DNA of 64,000 nucleotides from the NCBI GenBank assembly GCA_002269645.1, contig NIVC01002258.1:125230-189229 (forward strand), in the 5' to 3' direction. Source of the stretch: Macrostomum lignano. Taxonomy: Eukaryota. Under the pieces are notes generated by a model that saw only the letters and a list, made by a program, of their open reading frames with translations, was not told the DNA's origin and ran no database searches. The translations under genes and the position numbers were made by a program. Every line of letters begins with the position of its first letter. Position 1 is the first letter of the stretch. Shown in pieces: positions 12,801-24,800 of this stretch.

Positions 12801-15800
12801 GATCATGTACATGATCCACCGTATGAGGGTAGCATGAGCTTTGCGATTTTGAAGGGCCCTCTGAAACGCTTCAAAGATAACGTTGTCGAAGGCGCCAACA
12901 ATGTCAAGAAAGAGAGCCAGAGCGTAACCGTCACCCAGTACCGCCCTTTCAATCTTCTCGACAATCGCATGCAAGGCGCTGTCAGTCGACCTCCCAGTAC
13001 GGAAGGCGTGCTGATTATTGCTGAGGGGCATCGCTGTCAGCTCGCAGGACAGCAGCCGCCAGAGAATAAGCCTCTCAGTGAGCTTAAGCATTGCTGACGT
13101 TAAGCTAATAGGCCGGAAGGCCTTGACGCTTTGGTAGTCGCCCTTCCCAGGTTTGGGAATAAAGACTACCCGAGCTTCAGTCCAGCATTTGGGAACGTAT
13201 CCCAGCTGGATAGAGGCCCGCATAAGATTGCGGGTGAGTCTCAGGAACGAGGGTATCTTGGCTGCTTCACGAAGGAGAACAGGGTAGATACCATCAGGTC
13301 CAGGAGATTTTAAGGGTTTGAAGGTTCTGACCGCACGAGCGATTAGGTCTTCAGTGACAATGCCCGCCGCTAGGGTGGCTCCATCCATCGAATGGTTGGG
13401 CTCCGGTCTAGCAGTAGGTACCCTCGGGAAGAATGTGCTAAGCATATGCTGAAGCACTTCTTCAGGGTCTTTAGTAAGAGAGCCATCATCTTTTTTGATC
13501 ATGGCTAATTTGGACATTTTGTCCATTGTAAGGGCCTTGACAAGCCTAGAAGTAGGTCTGTCTTGATCCAATTCATTGCAGAATTGGCGCCACTTACATT
13601 CCTTGGCCTTGCGCACTTCAGATTTGAAATTGCGGGAGGCTTGCCGGAAAAGCTCCATGTCCTCCGGGTTTCCGGTCTTCATGGCACGGCGATGAAGGCT
13701 TTTGGCCTTCCGCCTGAGTTTCCCCAGCTCCGGGTTCCACCACGGCGCCGAGGTCTTGCCTTTGTAGGCGCGAGCAGGACAAGCCGCTTCGTAGGCTTCA
13801 ATAATGCAACCTGTCAGCGTCTCAGCCATATGATCCACATCCTCGCAGGTCTCAATCGGACGTGAGTCCGTGAGTTCCTGCAGGTGCAGATCAAGGGCAG
13901 CCTTGTAGGCCGCCCAATCAGTGTTGCGGATATTGCGTCTCCAAGTGATCGGAGACTGGGTTTTAGTGTCCGCGATGTTAAAGGCGATAAAGCAGTGGTC
14001 AGACAGGGAGGGCTCCTCAGACCAGACTCTCCACTCCTCAACTCTGTCAAAGAGTCTTGGGGTAACGAGTGTGGCGTCGAGGACCTCAGTCCATCTGCCA
14101 TTATTAAAGGTAGGAGTGCTGCCGCGGTTGCAGAGCATGAGGTTTGTGTTAGAGATGAGGGCCAGAAGCTCCTCTCCTCTAGTGTTGGTATCTTTGCTGC
14201 CCCAGTGCTTGTGGTGCGCGTTGAGGTCGCCCCCTAAGCACAGCTCAGCGTTCTGGGACTCGCAGTACTGCGCGAGGCGCAGTAAACTCTCAGGAGCAGG
14301 GTCTCTGTCGCCTGGGATATAAACCGAGGCAACAAGACACGTACGCGGAGAGAAATGATTAGATTGGATGACGCAAAGGTCTCCATCAGAAAGATCAGTC
14401 CTCAGCCAAGCCTGGAGATGGCTAGCAGCGAGGATAGCCGCTCTAGGGCGACTGTTCCCCGGGCCACACACATAAAAATCAGAGTAGCCAGAGGGAATGT
14501 TGGGCAACTTACCGTTGCGCATCTAGGGTTCCTGGATCAGGATGAGGCCTGGCCTGTACAGCTCAGCAATCTTCATCAGATTTACTGACGCAGATACGCA
14601 ATGCTGTAAATTAATTTGCAGACAGAATGTCGCTCCTTTGGCAGCCTGGAGCTTAGTCATACTGTATTAAATGCAATTTCTGGCTAGAGCCCAGGGCCAT
14701 CAAGGAGACTTGGACAACAGATCGTCCTCGTCCTCGGCGCATCTTGAGCTTGAGGGCACCCAGCTGGAAAGAGGATCCATTAGGGTACCGACTCGCCCAA
14801 GTGCTGGAAAGGCCGAGGACAATTGAGTTGCCCGTCTCCCCCCTGCGGACTTTACGGTGATACACCAGTCCACTAGCAGGGAGGTCGGGGTTCAGACGCA
14901 GTAGGACCCGGCGAATAACGTCTGGTCCAGCTGCGGTGCTCTTAGCAGGGACGAAAACCACATAGGGTATCGTCTTTGGACGCTGGCCCTCGCGAAGAAA
15001 AAGAGCTCCGCCAAGGTCAGCATCCAAGGAGACCGTCGGTAGCCGCTGGAGCAGCCGCCGAGCGTCCTCCTCGCTGCTAGGAGCAATAAGAACGAATGTG
15101 CTTCGCAGCACCATCCGCTCAATGCCGATGGAGATTCCCTCCTCGACAGTCAGCTCAATCAGATAGGAGTCAACAGCACTCCACACTTTTTGAAGCTGAT
15201 CAGTGGTCCAGTCCTGGTCGCGACCTTGGATGATCACTCCCGGGATTTTGGCCTTGGCCTTCGCCGCAAAGGTAGCTCCCGAAGGAACCTCCTTGTTGGC
15301 AGTGGCCATTTGTTGCGCCGTGGTTTCGGCCTCAGCAGCCGCAGCAGCATCTCCAGGGAGCGCCGCCGCTGAACTACCGGAGCTTCCACCGGCCGGCCCG
15401 TCTGGTTGCCTTGGGACGCCAGTCGCTTCAGCATCCATGGTGGACGCCGCCGCTTTGGCCCCCGCAGCTCCCTTCTTGGCCTGCCTTTTGGCGCGTTGTT
15501 TAGCGCGTTTGCGCTCAAGCCGAGCCCGCTGAGCTTCGTCGGATCTGCCAGATTTGGCCGGTCCTTTAGGCTCAGAGCTCGCGGTTCCCTTAGATCCACC
15601 AGCGGAGCTGGCAGGTCTTTGGGTATTTTGAGTTTGGTAGCTCTGGTCGGATCTGCCAGCAGAGCCAGCCGGTCCTTCCTTTGCCACAGTTGAATCAGTC
15701 GGTTGGGATCTGCCAGCAGGGCCGGCCGGTCCTTCGGACTGAGGTTGGGGTTTAGAAGGGTCCCCGTCCCTAGAAATAGCTTGTTTATCCATAGACGGCT

Positions 15801-18800
15801 CGAAGGCCATGATAGAAGGTTGGTGGGCTACCCTCAAAGGGGCGCGGTACCCACCCGGCCGCTCCACCTGACCGGGCAGTAGGCCAATAGCACCCTCAAG
15901 GCTGGCCCGACACCAGGAGGGGGACCGCTTGCGACCGGACTACTCCCCGGCCTTCCAGCCCATCGGCACGGTCAACACCTTAGGCATTAGAGAGTACGTT
16001 GAGCAGTACCACAGCCTGCAGGTTGGCGAGCCAGACCCGCATACCCAAATTCGGCCGAAGCCACTGGATAGGGTCGCCAGCGCCGGAGCCCAGTCTGTCC
16101 AGCAGCCCTAGGGACTGCCTTGAACACACGCGGGGACGAGTACCCTGGGTCGACTTGCGAGACAGCGTGGGGGGGTCTGCGGCTGCCAGAGGCAAATAGA
16201 GGGTGCAGACCTCCCACCAGCCTTGACCTGCTGAAGATAGGGGCAGGCGTGAAGCATCGCAGACCTTAGCCCATGGGCCTAGTCTGTCTCATACTTCACT
16301 GGCATGCTGAATACGCCTTCGCGTGCCTCTCACTGTCTCTCTTGCTGCTAGACTCTCACTGTCCCCCTTGCTGCTAGACTCTGACTGTCTCCCTTGCTGC
16401 TAGACTCTCACTGTCTCTCTTGCTGCTAGACTCACTGTCTCTCTTGCTGCTAGACTCTCACTGTCCCCCTTGCTGCTAGACTCTGACTGTCTCCCTTGCT
16501 GCTAGACTCTCACTGTCTCTCTTGCTGCTAGACTCTCACTGTCTCTCTTGCTGCTAGACTCTCACTGTCTCCCTTGCTGCTAGACTCTCACTGTCTCTCT
16601 TGCTGCTAGACTCTCACTGTCTCCCTTGCTGCTAGACTCTCACTGTCTCCCTGGCTGCTAGACTCTCACTGTCCCTGGTTTCGCTGGTTTCTCAGGCCAG
16701 TTCCAGGCCAGTGCAATAGCTGTTGGTGTTGGATTTCATTAGCTTATTTTTTTCTATTCAGTTCGCACTGCTGGCTAAGTGGCTGACCCAAGGTATGCTG
16801 AAACTCTCTGCTTTTTCTGTAGTGAGCTTTTGTTTAGTCTGTTTTATTTAATATGCGTAGAAGACTTGCGCCATTAGACCAGCTCTGGCAGTCTGGCTGT
16901 AAACAGAAAATTCTCTTCTCTCTCTTTCTAGTCTTGCCTCTTATTCTATTTATTTTATTTTTTCTTGGAGCCCAGCCCAGCGCACAGTAAAGTCAATTGC
17001 ATTGCATTTTATGAATCCAGCGCTTTGCTTCATTGCCACGCGTTTCGGGGTTTTAAAGGCTGCAAATAATTTTTTGAGTTAACCAGCAACGTCATAAACA
17101 ATGGTTGGTACGCATTGTAAATAAGTTTCCTTAATTGTATTTTTACGATAAATATTTAAAACACTTGGATGTCGAAAAAAAGTTTATGCAGTCCAATAAA
17201 AGAATAATTGTATATAGTTAGTATCGATTCGCATTGATTGATTGAGTGAAATTGACACTTCCAGAATTGACGAGCAGCAGCACCAGCGTCAGCAGCCGGT
17301 TCCCGATGCTGCGAGTTCCGATTCAGCTTCCGGTTCCACAACCGACGACTCCTCTGATTCCACCGCTGGCGGAGGCGACGCCAGTCAAAAGTTGTGCCTC
17401 ACTGAGCAGCTTATTAAAGCCTGCGACACTTTTGCTACCTGGCACGAGGACTCAACTACCATTTCTGCTAGGGATTTGGTGAGCATAGTACTTGCGTCTG
17501 TGATGGAGTTCAGCTTGTCCTTTTAGATCTGTCTATGGCATTGAACTTGTTTTGGATCCTGAGACCCAATGGAATTCATGACTCATTGAGCTCTATGACC
17601 CAATGGCATTCATGACTCATTGAGATCGATGACCCAATGGCATTTATGACTCATTGAGATCTATGACCCAATGGCATTTATGACTCGTTGAGATCTGTGA
17701 CCCAATGGCATTCACGACTCATTGAGAACTATGACCCAATGGCATTTATGACTCATTGAGATCTATGACTCAATGGCATTTATGACCCATTGAGATCTAT
17801 GACTGAATGGCATTCATGACTCATTGAGATCTGTGACTCAATGGCATTTATGACTCATTGAGATCTGTGACCCAATGGCATTCACGACTCATTGAGATCT
17901 ATGACCCAATGGCATTTATGACTCATTGAGATCTATGACCCAATGGAATTTATGACTCATTGAGATCTGTGACCCAATGGCATTCACGACTCATTGAGAT
18001 CTATGACCCAATGGCATTTATGACTCATTGAGATCTATGACTCAATGGCATTTATGACCCATTGAGATCTATGACTGAATGGCATTCATGACTCATTGAG
18101 ATCTGTGACTCAATGGCATTTATGACTCGTTGAGATCTGTGACCCAATGGCATTCACGACTCATTGAGAACTATGACCCAATGGCATTTATGACTCATTG
18201 AGATCTGTAACTCAATGGAATTTAAGACTCATTGAGATCTATTACTGAATGGCATCTATGACTCATTGAGATCTATGACTGAATGACATCTATGACTCAA
18301 TGAGATCTATGACTGAATGGCATCTATGACCCATTGAGATCTATGACTGAATGGCATCTATGACCCATTGAGATCTATGACTGAATGGCATCTATGACCC
18401 ATTGAGATCTATGACTGAATGGCATCTATGACCCATTGAGATCTATTACTGAATGGCATCTATGACTCATTGAGATCTATGACTGAATGGCATCTATGAC
18501 CCATTGAGATCTATGACTGAATGGCATCTATGACCCATTGAGATCTATGACTGAATGGCATCTATGACCCATTGAGATCTATTACTTACTGTCAGAGCTG
18601 GCTTATTGTCCTCAAATTTCATACCGCAAACTCGCCTTTCTCACTGCACCAGAACGAAGCCCTCGCCGTCGTGAAGGCCGAATGGTTCCGTCTGTGCTGC
18701 AATCGGCCAGTAAACGAGGTGACCGACTTCATGGACCGCGTTGGGGCCAGGTCGACTCAACTGCTGGAGAAAATGGTCAACTTCTCTGACGAAAATGTGA

Positions 18801-21800
18801 GCAAGTTAACTCCTGTCTACCTTAGATCTCATCGCATCGAAAATTCCACGAAATTGTTGCAATATCATCCAGTAATATTTGAAATCCCACCCAGTAATAA
18901 TTGAAATTCCACCCAGTAATAATTGAAATCCCACCCAGTAAGAATTGAAATCCCATCCAGTAATAACTGAAATCCCATCCAGTAATATTTGAAATCCCAT
19001 CCAGTAATACTTGAAACCCCATCCATCCAGTAATAATTGAAATCCCATCCAGTAATATTTGAAATCCCATCCAGTAATAATTAAAATCCCATCCAGTAAT
19101 ATTTGAAACCCCATCCATCCAGTAATAATTGAAATCCCATCCAGTAGTAATTGAAATCCCATCCAGTAATAATTGAAATCCCACCCAGTAAGAATTGAAA
19201 TCCCATCCAGTAATAACTGAAATCCCATCCAGTAATATTTGAAATCCCATCCAGTAATACTTGAAACCCCATCCATCCAGTAATAATTGAAATCCCATCC
19301 AGTAATAATTGAAATCCCATCCAGTAATATTTGAAATCCAATCCAGTAATATTTAAAATCCCATCCAGTAATACTTGAAACCCCATCCAGTAGTAATTGA
19401 AATCCCATCCAGTAATAATTGAAATCCCACCCAGTAAGAATTGAAATCCCATCCAGTAATAACTGAAATCCCATCCAGTAATATTTGAAATCCCACCCAG
19501 TAATATTTGAAATCCCATCCAGTAGTAATTGAAATCCCATCCAGTAATAATTGAAATCCCATCCAGTAATATTTGAAATCCAATCCAGTAATATTTGAAA
19601 TCCCATCCAGTAATACTTGAAACCCCATCCATCCAGTAATAATTGAAATCCCATCCAGTAATATTTGAAATCCCATCCAGTAATAATTAAAATCCCATCC
19701 AGTAATATTTGAAACCCCATCCATCCAGTAATAATTGAAATCCCATCCAGTAATATTTGAAATCCCATCCAGTAATATTTGAAATCCCACCCAGTAATAT
19801 TTGAAATCCCATCCAGTAGTAATTGAAATCCCATCCAGTAATAATTGAAATCCCACCCAGTAAGAATTGAAATCCCATCCAGTAATAACTGAAATCCCAT
19901 CCAGTAATATTTGAAATCCCACCCAGTAATAATTGAAATCCCACCCAGTAAGAATTGAAATCCCATCCAGTAATAACTGAAATCCCATCCAGTAATATTT
20001 GAAATCCCACCCAGTAATAATTGAAATTCCACCCAGTAATAATTGAAATCCCACCCAGTAATAATTGAAATCCCATCCAGTAATATTTGAAATCCCACCC
20101 AGTAATATTTGAAATCCCATCCAGTAGTAATTGAAATCCCATCCAGTAATAATTGAAATCCCACCCAGTAAGAATTGAAATCCCATCCAGTAATAACTGA
20201 AATCCCATCCAGTAATATTTGAAATCCCACCCAGTAATATTTGAAATCCCATCCAGTAATAATTGAAATCCCATCCAGTAATATTTGAAATCCCATCCAG
20301 TAATATTTGAAATCCCATCCAGTAATACTTGAAACCCCATCCATCCAGTAATAATTGAAATCCCATCCAGTAATATTTGAAATCCCATCCAGTAATATTT
20401 GAAATCCCATCCAGTAATAATTAAAATCCCATCCAGTAATATTTGAAACCCCATCCATCCAGTAATAATTGAAATCCCATCCAGTAATATTTGAAATCCC
20501 ATCCAGTAATATTTGAAATCCCATCCAGTAATAATTGAAATCCCATCCAGTAATATTTGAAATCCCATCCAGTAATACTTGAAACCCCATCCATCCAGTA
20601 ATAATTGAAATCCCATCCAGTAATATTTGAAATCCCATCCAGTAATAATTAAAATCCCATCCAGTAATATTTGAAACCCCATCCATCCAGTAATAATTGA
20701 AATCCCATCCAGTAATATTTGAAATCCCATCCAGTAATATTTGAAATCCCATCCAGTAATAATTGAAATCCCATCCAGTAATATTTGAAACCCCATCCAG
20801 TAATACTTGAAACCCCATCCATCCAGTAATAATTGAAATCCCATCCAGAAATAATTGAAATCCCATCCAGTAAATTTAAAATCCCATCCAGTAATATTTT
20901 AAATCCCATCCAATAATAATTGAAATCCCATCCAGTAATATTTGAAATCCCATCCAGTAATAATTGAAATCCCATCCAGTAACATTTAAAATCCCATCCA
21001 GTAATATTTGAAATCCCATCCAGTAATATTTGAAATCCCATCCAGTAACATTTGAAACCCATCCAGTAATACTTGAAACCCATCCATCCAGTAATAATTG
21101 AAATCCCATCCAGTAAAATTTAAAATCCCATCCAGTAATATTTGAAATCCCATCCAGTAATAATTAAAATCCCATCCAGTAACATTTGAAATCCCACCCA
21201 GTAATAATTGAAATCCCATCCAGTAATAATGAAATCCCATCCAGTAATATTTTAAATACCATCCAGTAATATTTGAAATCCATCCAGTAATAATTGAAAT
21301 CCCACCCAGTAATAATTGAAATCCCACCCAGTAATAATTGAAATCCCATCCAGTAATAATTGAAATCCCACCAGTAATATTTGAAATCCCATCCAGTAAT
21401 AATTGAAATCCCACCAGTAATAATTGAAATCCCACCCAGTAATAATTGAAATCCCATCCAGTAATATTTGAAATCCCATCCAGTAATAATTAAAATCCCA
21501 CCCAGTAATATTTGAAATCCCATCCAGTAATAATTGAAATCCCACCCAGTAATAATTGAAATCCCACCCAGTAATAATTGAAATCCCATCCAGTAATAAT
21601 TGAAATCCCACCCAGTAATATTTGAAATCCCATCCAGTAATAATTGAAATCCCATCCAGTAATAATTGAAATCCCACCAGTAATAATTGAAATCCCACCA
21701 GTAATAATTGAAATCCCATCCAGTAATATTTGAAATCCCATCCAGTAATAATTGAAATCCCACCCAGTAATAATTGAAATCCCACCCAGTAATATTTGAA

Positions 21801-24800
21801 ATCCCACCCAGTAATAATTGAAATTCCACCCAGTAATAATTGAAATCCCACCCAGTAATAATTGAAATCCCATCCAGTAATATTTGAAATCCCACCCAGT
21901 AATATTTGAAATCCCATCCAGTAATAATTGAAATCCCATCCAGTAATAATTGAAATCCCACCCAGTAAAATTGAAATCCCATCCAGTAATAATGAAATCC
22001 CATCCAGTAATATTTGAAATCCCACCCAGTAATATTTGAAATCCCATCCAGTAATAATTGAAATCCCATCCAGTAATATTTGAAATCCCATCCAGTAATA
22101 TTTGAAATCCCATCCAGTAATACTTGAAACCCCATCCATCCAGTAATAATTGAAATCCCATCCAGTAATATTTGAAATCCCATCCAGTAATATTTGAAAT
22201 CCCATCCAGTAATAATTAAATCCCATCCAGTAATATTTGAAACCCATCCATCCAGTAATAATTGAAATCCCATCCAGTAATATTTGAAATCCCATCCAGT
22301 AATATTTGAAATCCCATCCAGTAATAATTGAAATCCCATCCAGTAATATTTGAAATCCCATCCAGTAATACTTGAAAATCCATCCAGTAATAATTGAAAT
22401 CCCATCCAGTAATATTGAAATCCCATCCAGTAATAATTGAAATCCCATCCAGTAATATTTGAAATCCCATCCAGTAATAATTGAAATCCCATCCAGTAAT
22501 AATTGAAATCCCATCCAGTAATAATTGAAATCCCATCCAGTAATAATTGAAATCCCATCCAGTAATAATTGAAATCCCATCCAGTAATAATTGAAATCCC
22601 ATCCAGTAATATTGAAATCCATCCAGTAATAATTGAAATCCCATCCAGTAATAATTGAAATCCCATCCAGTAATATTTGAAATCCCATCCAGTAATATTT
22701 GAAATCCCATCCAGTAATATTGAAATCCCATCCAGTAATAATTGAAATCCCATCCAGTAATAATTGAAATCCCACCAGTAATAATTGAAATCCCATCCAG
22801 TAATAATTGAAATCCCATCCAGTAATATTTGAAATCCCATCCAGTAATATTTGAAATCCCATCCAGTAATATTGAAATCCCATCCAGTAATAATTGAAAT
22901 CCCATCCAGTAATAATTGAAATCCCATCCAGTAATATTTGAAATCCCATCCAGTAATATTGAAATCCCATCCAGTAATATTGAAATCCCATCCAGTAACA
23001 TTTGAAATCCCATCCAGTAATATTGAAATCCCATCCAGTAATATTTGAAATCCCATCCAGTAAATTTGAAATCCCATCCAGTAATATTTGAAATCCCATC
23101 CAGTAATAATTGAAATCCCATCCAGTAAATTTGAAATCCCATCCAGTAATAATTGAAATCCCATCCAGTAATAATTGAAATCCCATCCAGTAATATTTGA
23201 AATCCCATCCAGTAATATTGAAATCCCATCCAGTAATAATTGAAATCCCATCCAGTAATAATTGAAATCCCATCCAGTAATAATTGAAATCCCATCCAGT
23301 AATAATTGAAATCCCACCCAGTAATATTTGAAATCCCATCCAGTAATAATTGAAATCCCATCCAGTAATAATTGAAATCCCACCCAGTAATAATTGAAAT
23401 CCCATCCAGTAATAATTGAAATCCCATCCAGTAATAATTGAAATCCCACCCAGTAATATTGAAATCCCATCCAGTAATAATTGAAATCCCACCAGTAATA
23501 ATTGAAATCCCACCCAGTAATAATTGAAATCCCATCCAGTAATAATTGAAATCCCACCCAGTAATATTGAAATCCCATCCAGTAATAATTGAAATCCCAT
23601 CCAGTAATAATTGAAATCCCACCCAGTAATAATTGAAATCCCATCCAGTAATAATTGAAATCCCATCCAGTAATATTGAAATCCCATCCAGTAATAATTG
23701 AAATCCCACCAGTAATAATTGAAATCCCACCAGTAATATTTGAAATCCCACCAGTAATAATTGAAATCCCACCAGTAATAATTGAAATCCCACCCAGTAA
23801 TATTGAAATCCCATCCAGTAATAATTGAAATCCCACCCAGTAATATTGAAATCCCATCCAGTAATAATTGAAATCCCATCCAGTAATAATTGAAATCCCA
23901 CCCAGTAATAATTGAAATCCCATCCAGTAATAATTGAAATCCCATCCAGTAATATTTGAAATCCCACCAGTAATATTTGAAATCCCATCCAGTAATAATT
24001 GAAATCCCATCCAGTAATATTTGAAATCCCATCCAGTAATATTTGAAATCCCATCCAGTAATATTGAAATCCCATCCAGTAATATTGAAATCCCATCCAG
24101 TAATATTTGAAATCCCATCCAGTAATATTTGAAATCCCATCCAGTAATAATTGAAATCCCATCCAGTAATATTTGAAACCCATCCATCCAGTAATATTGA
24201 AATCCCATCCAGTAATATTTGAAATCCCATCCAGTAATATTTGAAATCCCATCCAGTAATAATTGAAATCCCATCCAGTAATATTTGAAATCCCATCCAG
24301 TAATATTGAAATCCCATCCATCCAGTAATAATTGAAATCCCATCCAGTAATATTTGAAATCCCATCCAGTAATAATTAAATCCCATCCAGTAATATTTGA
24401 AACCCCATCCATCCAGTAATAATTGAAATCCCATCCAGTAGTAATTGAAATCCCATCCAGTAATAATTGAAATCCCACCCAGTAAGAATTGAAATCCCAT
24501 CCAGTAATAACTGAAATCCCATCCAGTAATATTTGAAATCCCATCCAGTAATACTTGAAACCCATCCATCCAGTAATAATTGAAATCCCATCCAGTAATA
24601 ATTGAAATCCCATCCAGTAATATTTGAAATCCATCCAGTAATATTTAAAATCCCATCCAGTAATACTTGAAACCCATCCAGTAGTAATTGAAATCCCATC
24701 CAGTAATAATTGAAATCCCACCCAGTAAGAATTGAAATCCCATCCAGTAATAACTGAAATCCCATCCAGTAATATTTGAAATCCCATCCAGTAATATTTG

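Larger units (their letters stand above)
10824..16326 (-). mobile_element. Full-length non-LTR retrotransposon, Loa/Lian-like clade, antisense in KANK intron 2
   Basis: 14-bp TSD CTCTCACTGTCTCT (10810-10823 and 16327-16340). About 500-nt 5' UTR, ORF1, ORF2 (APE-RT-RNaseH-Cys/His), about 95-nt 3' UTR ending in a TAAGTCAAG repeat tail. The Loa call rests on [28 protein letters not shown] and LSGHG...CSFC...ETAEHF..ICP, judged by eye without a phylogeny. Confidence 0.93.

Noticed and set aside
11167-14588. Multiple plus-strand ORFs over the LINE and 45458-46834(-) over the RTE
   Set aside because: They are antisense shadows of RT-coding sequence.
15811-16326. HDV-like ribozyme in the LINE 5' UTR (GCTTCACGCCTGCCCCT resembles the CPEB3 L3/P1 segment)
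   Set aside because: I could not build P3 or P1 pairing by eye. It needs a structure-based search.
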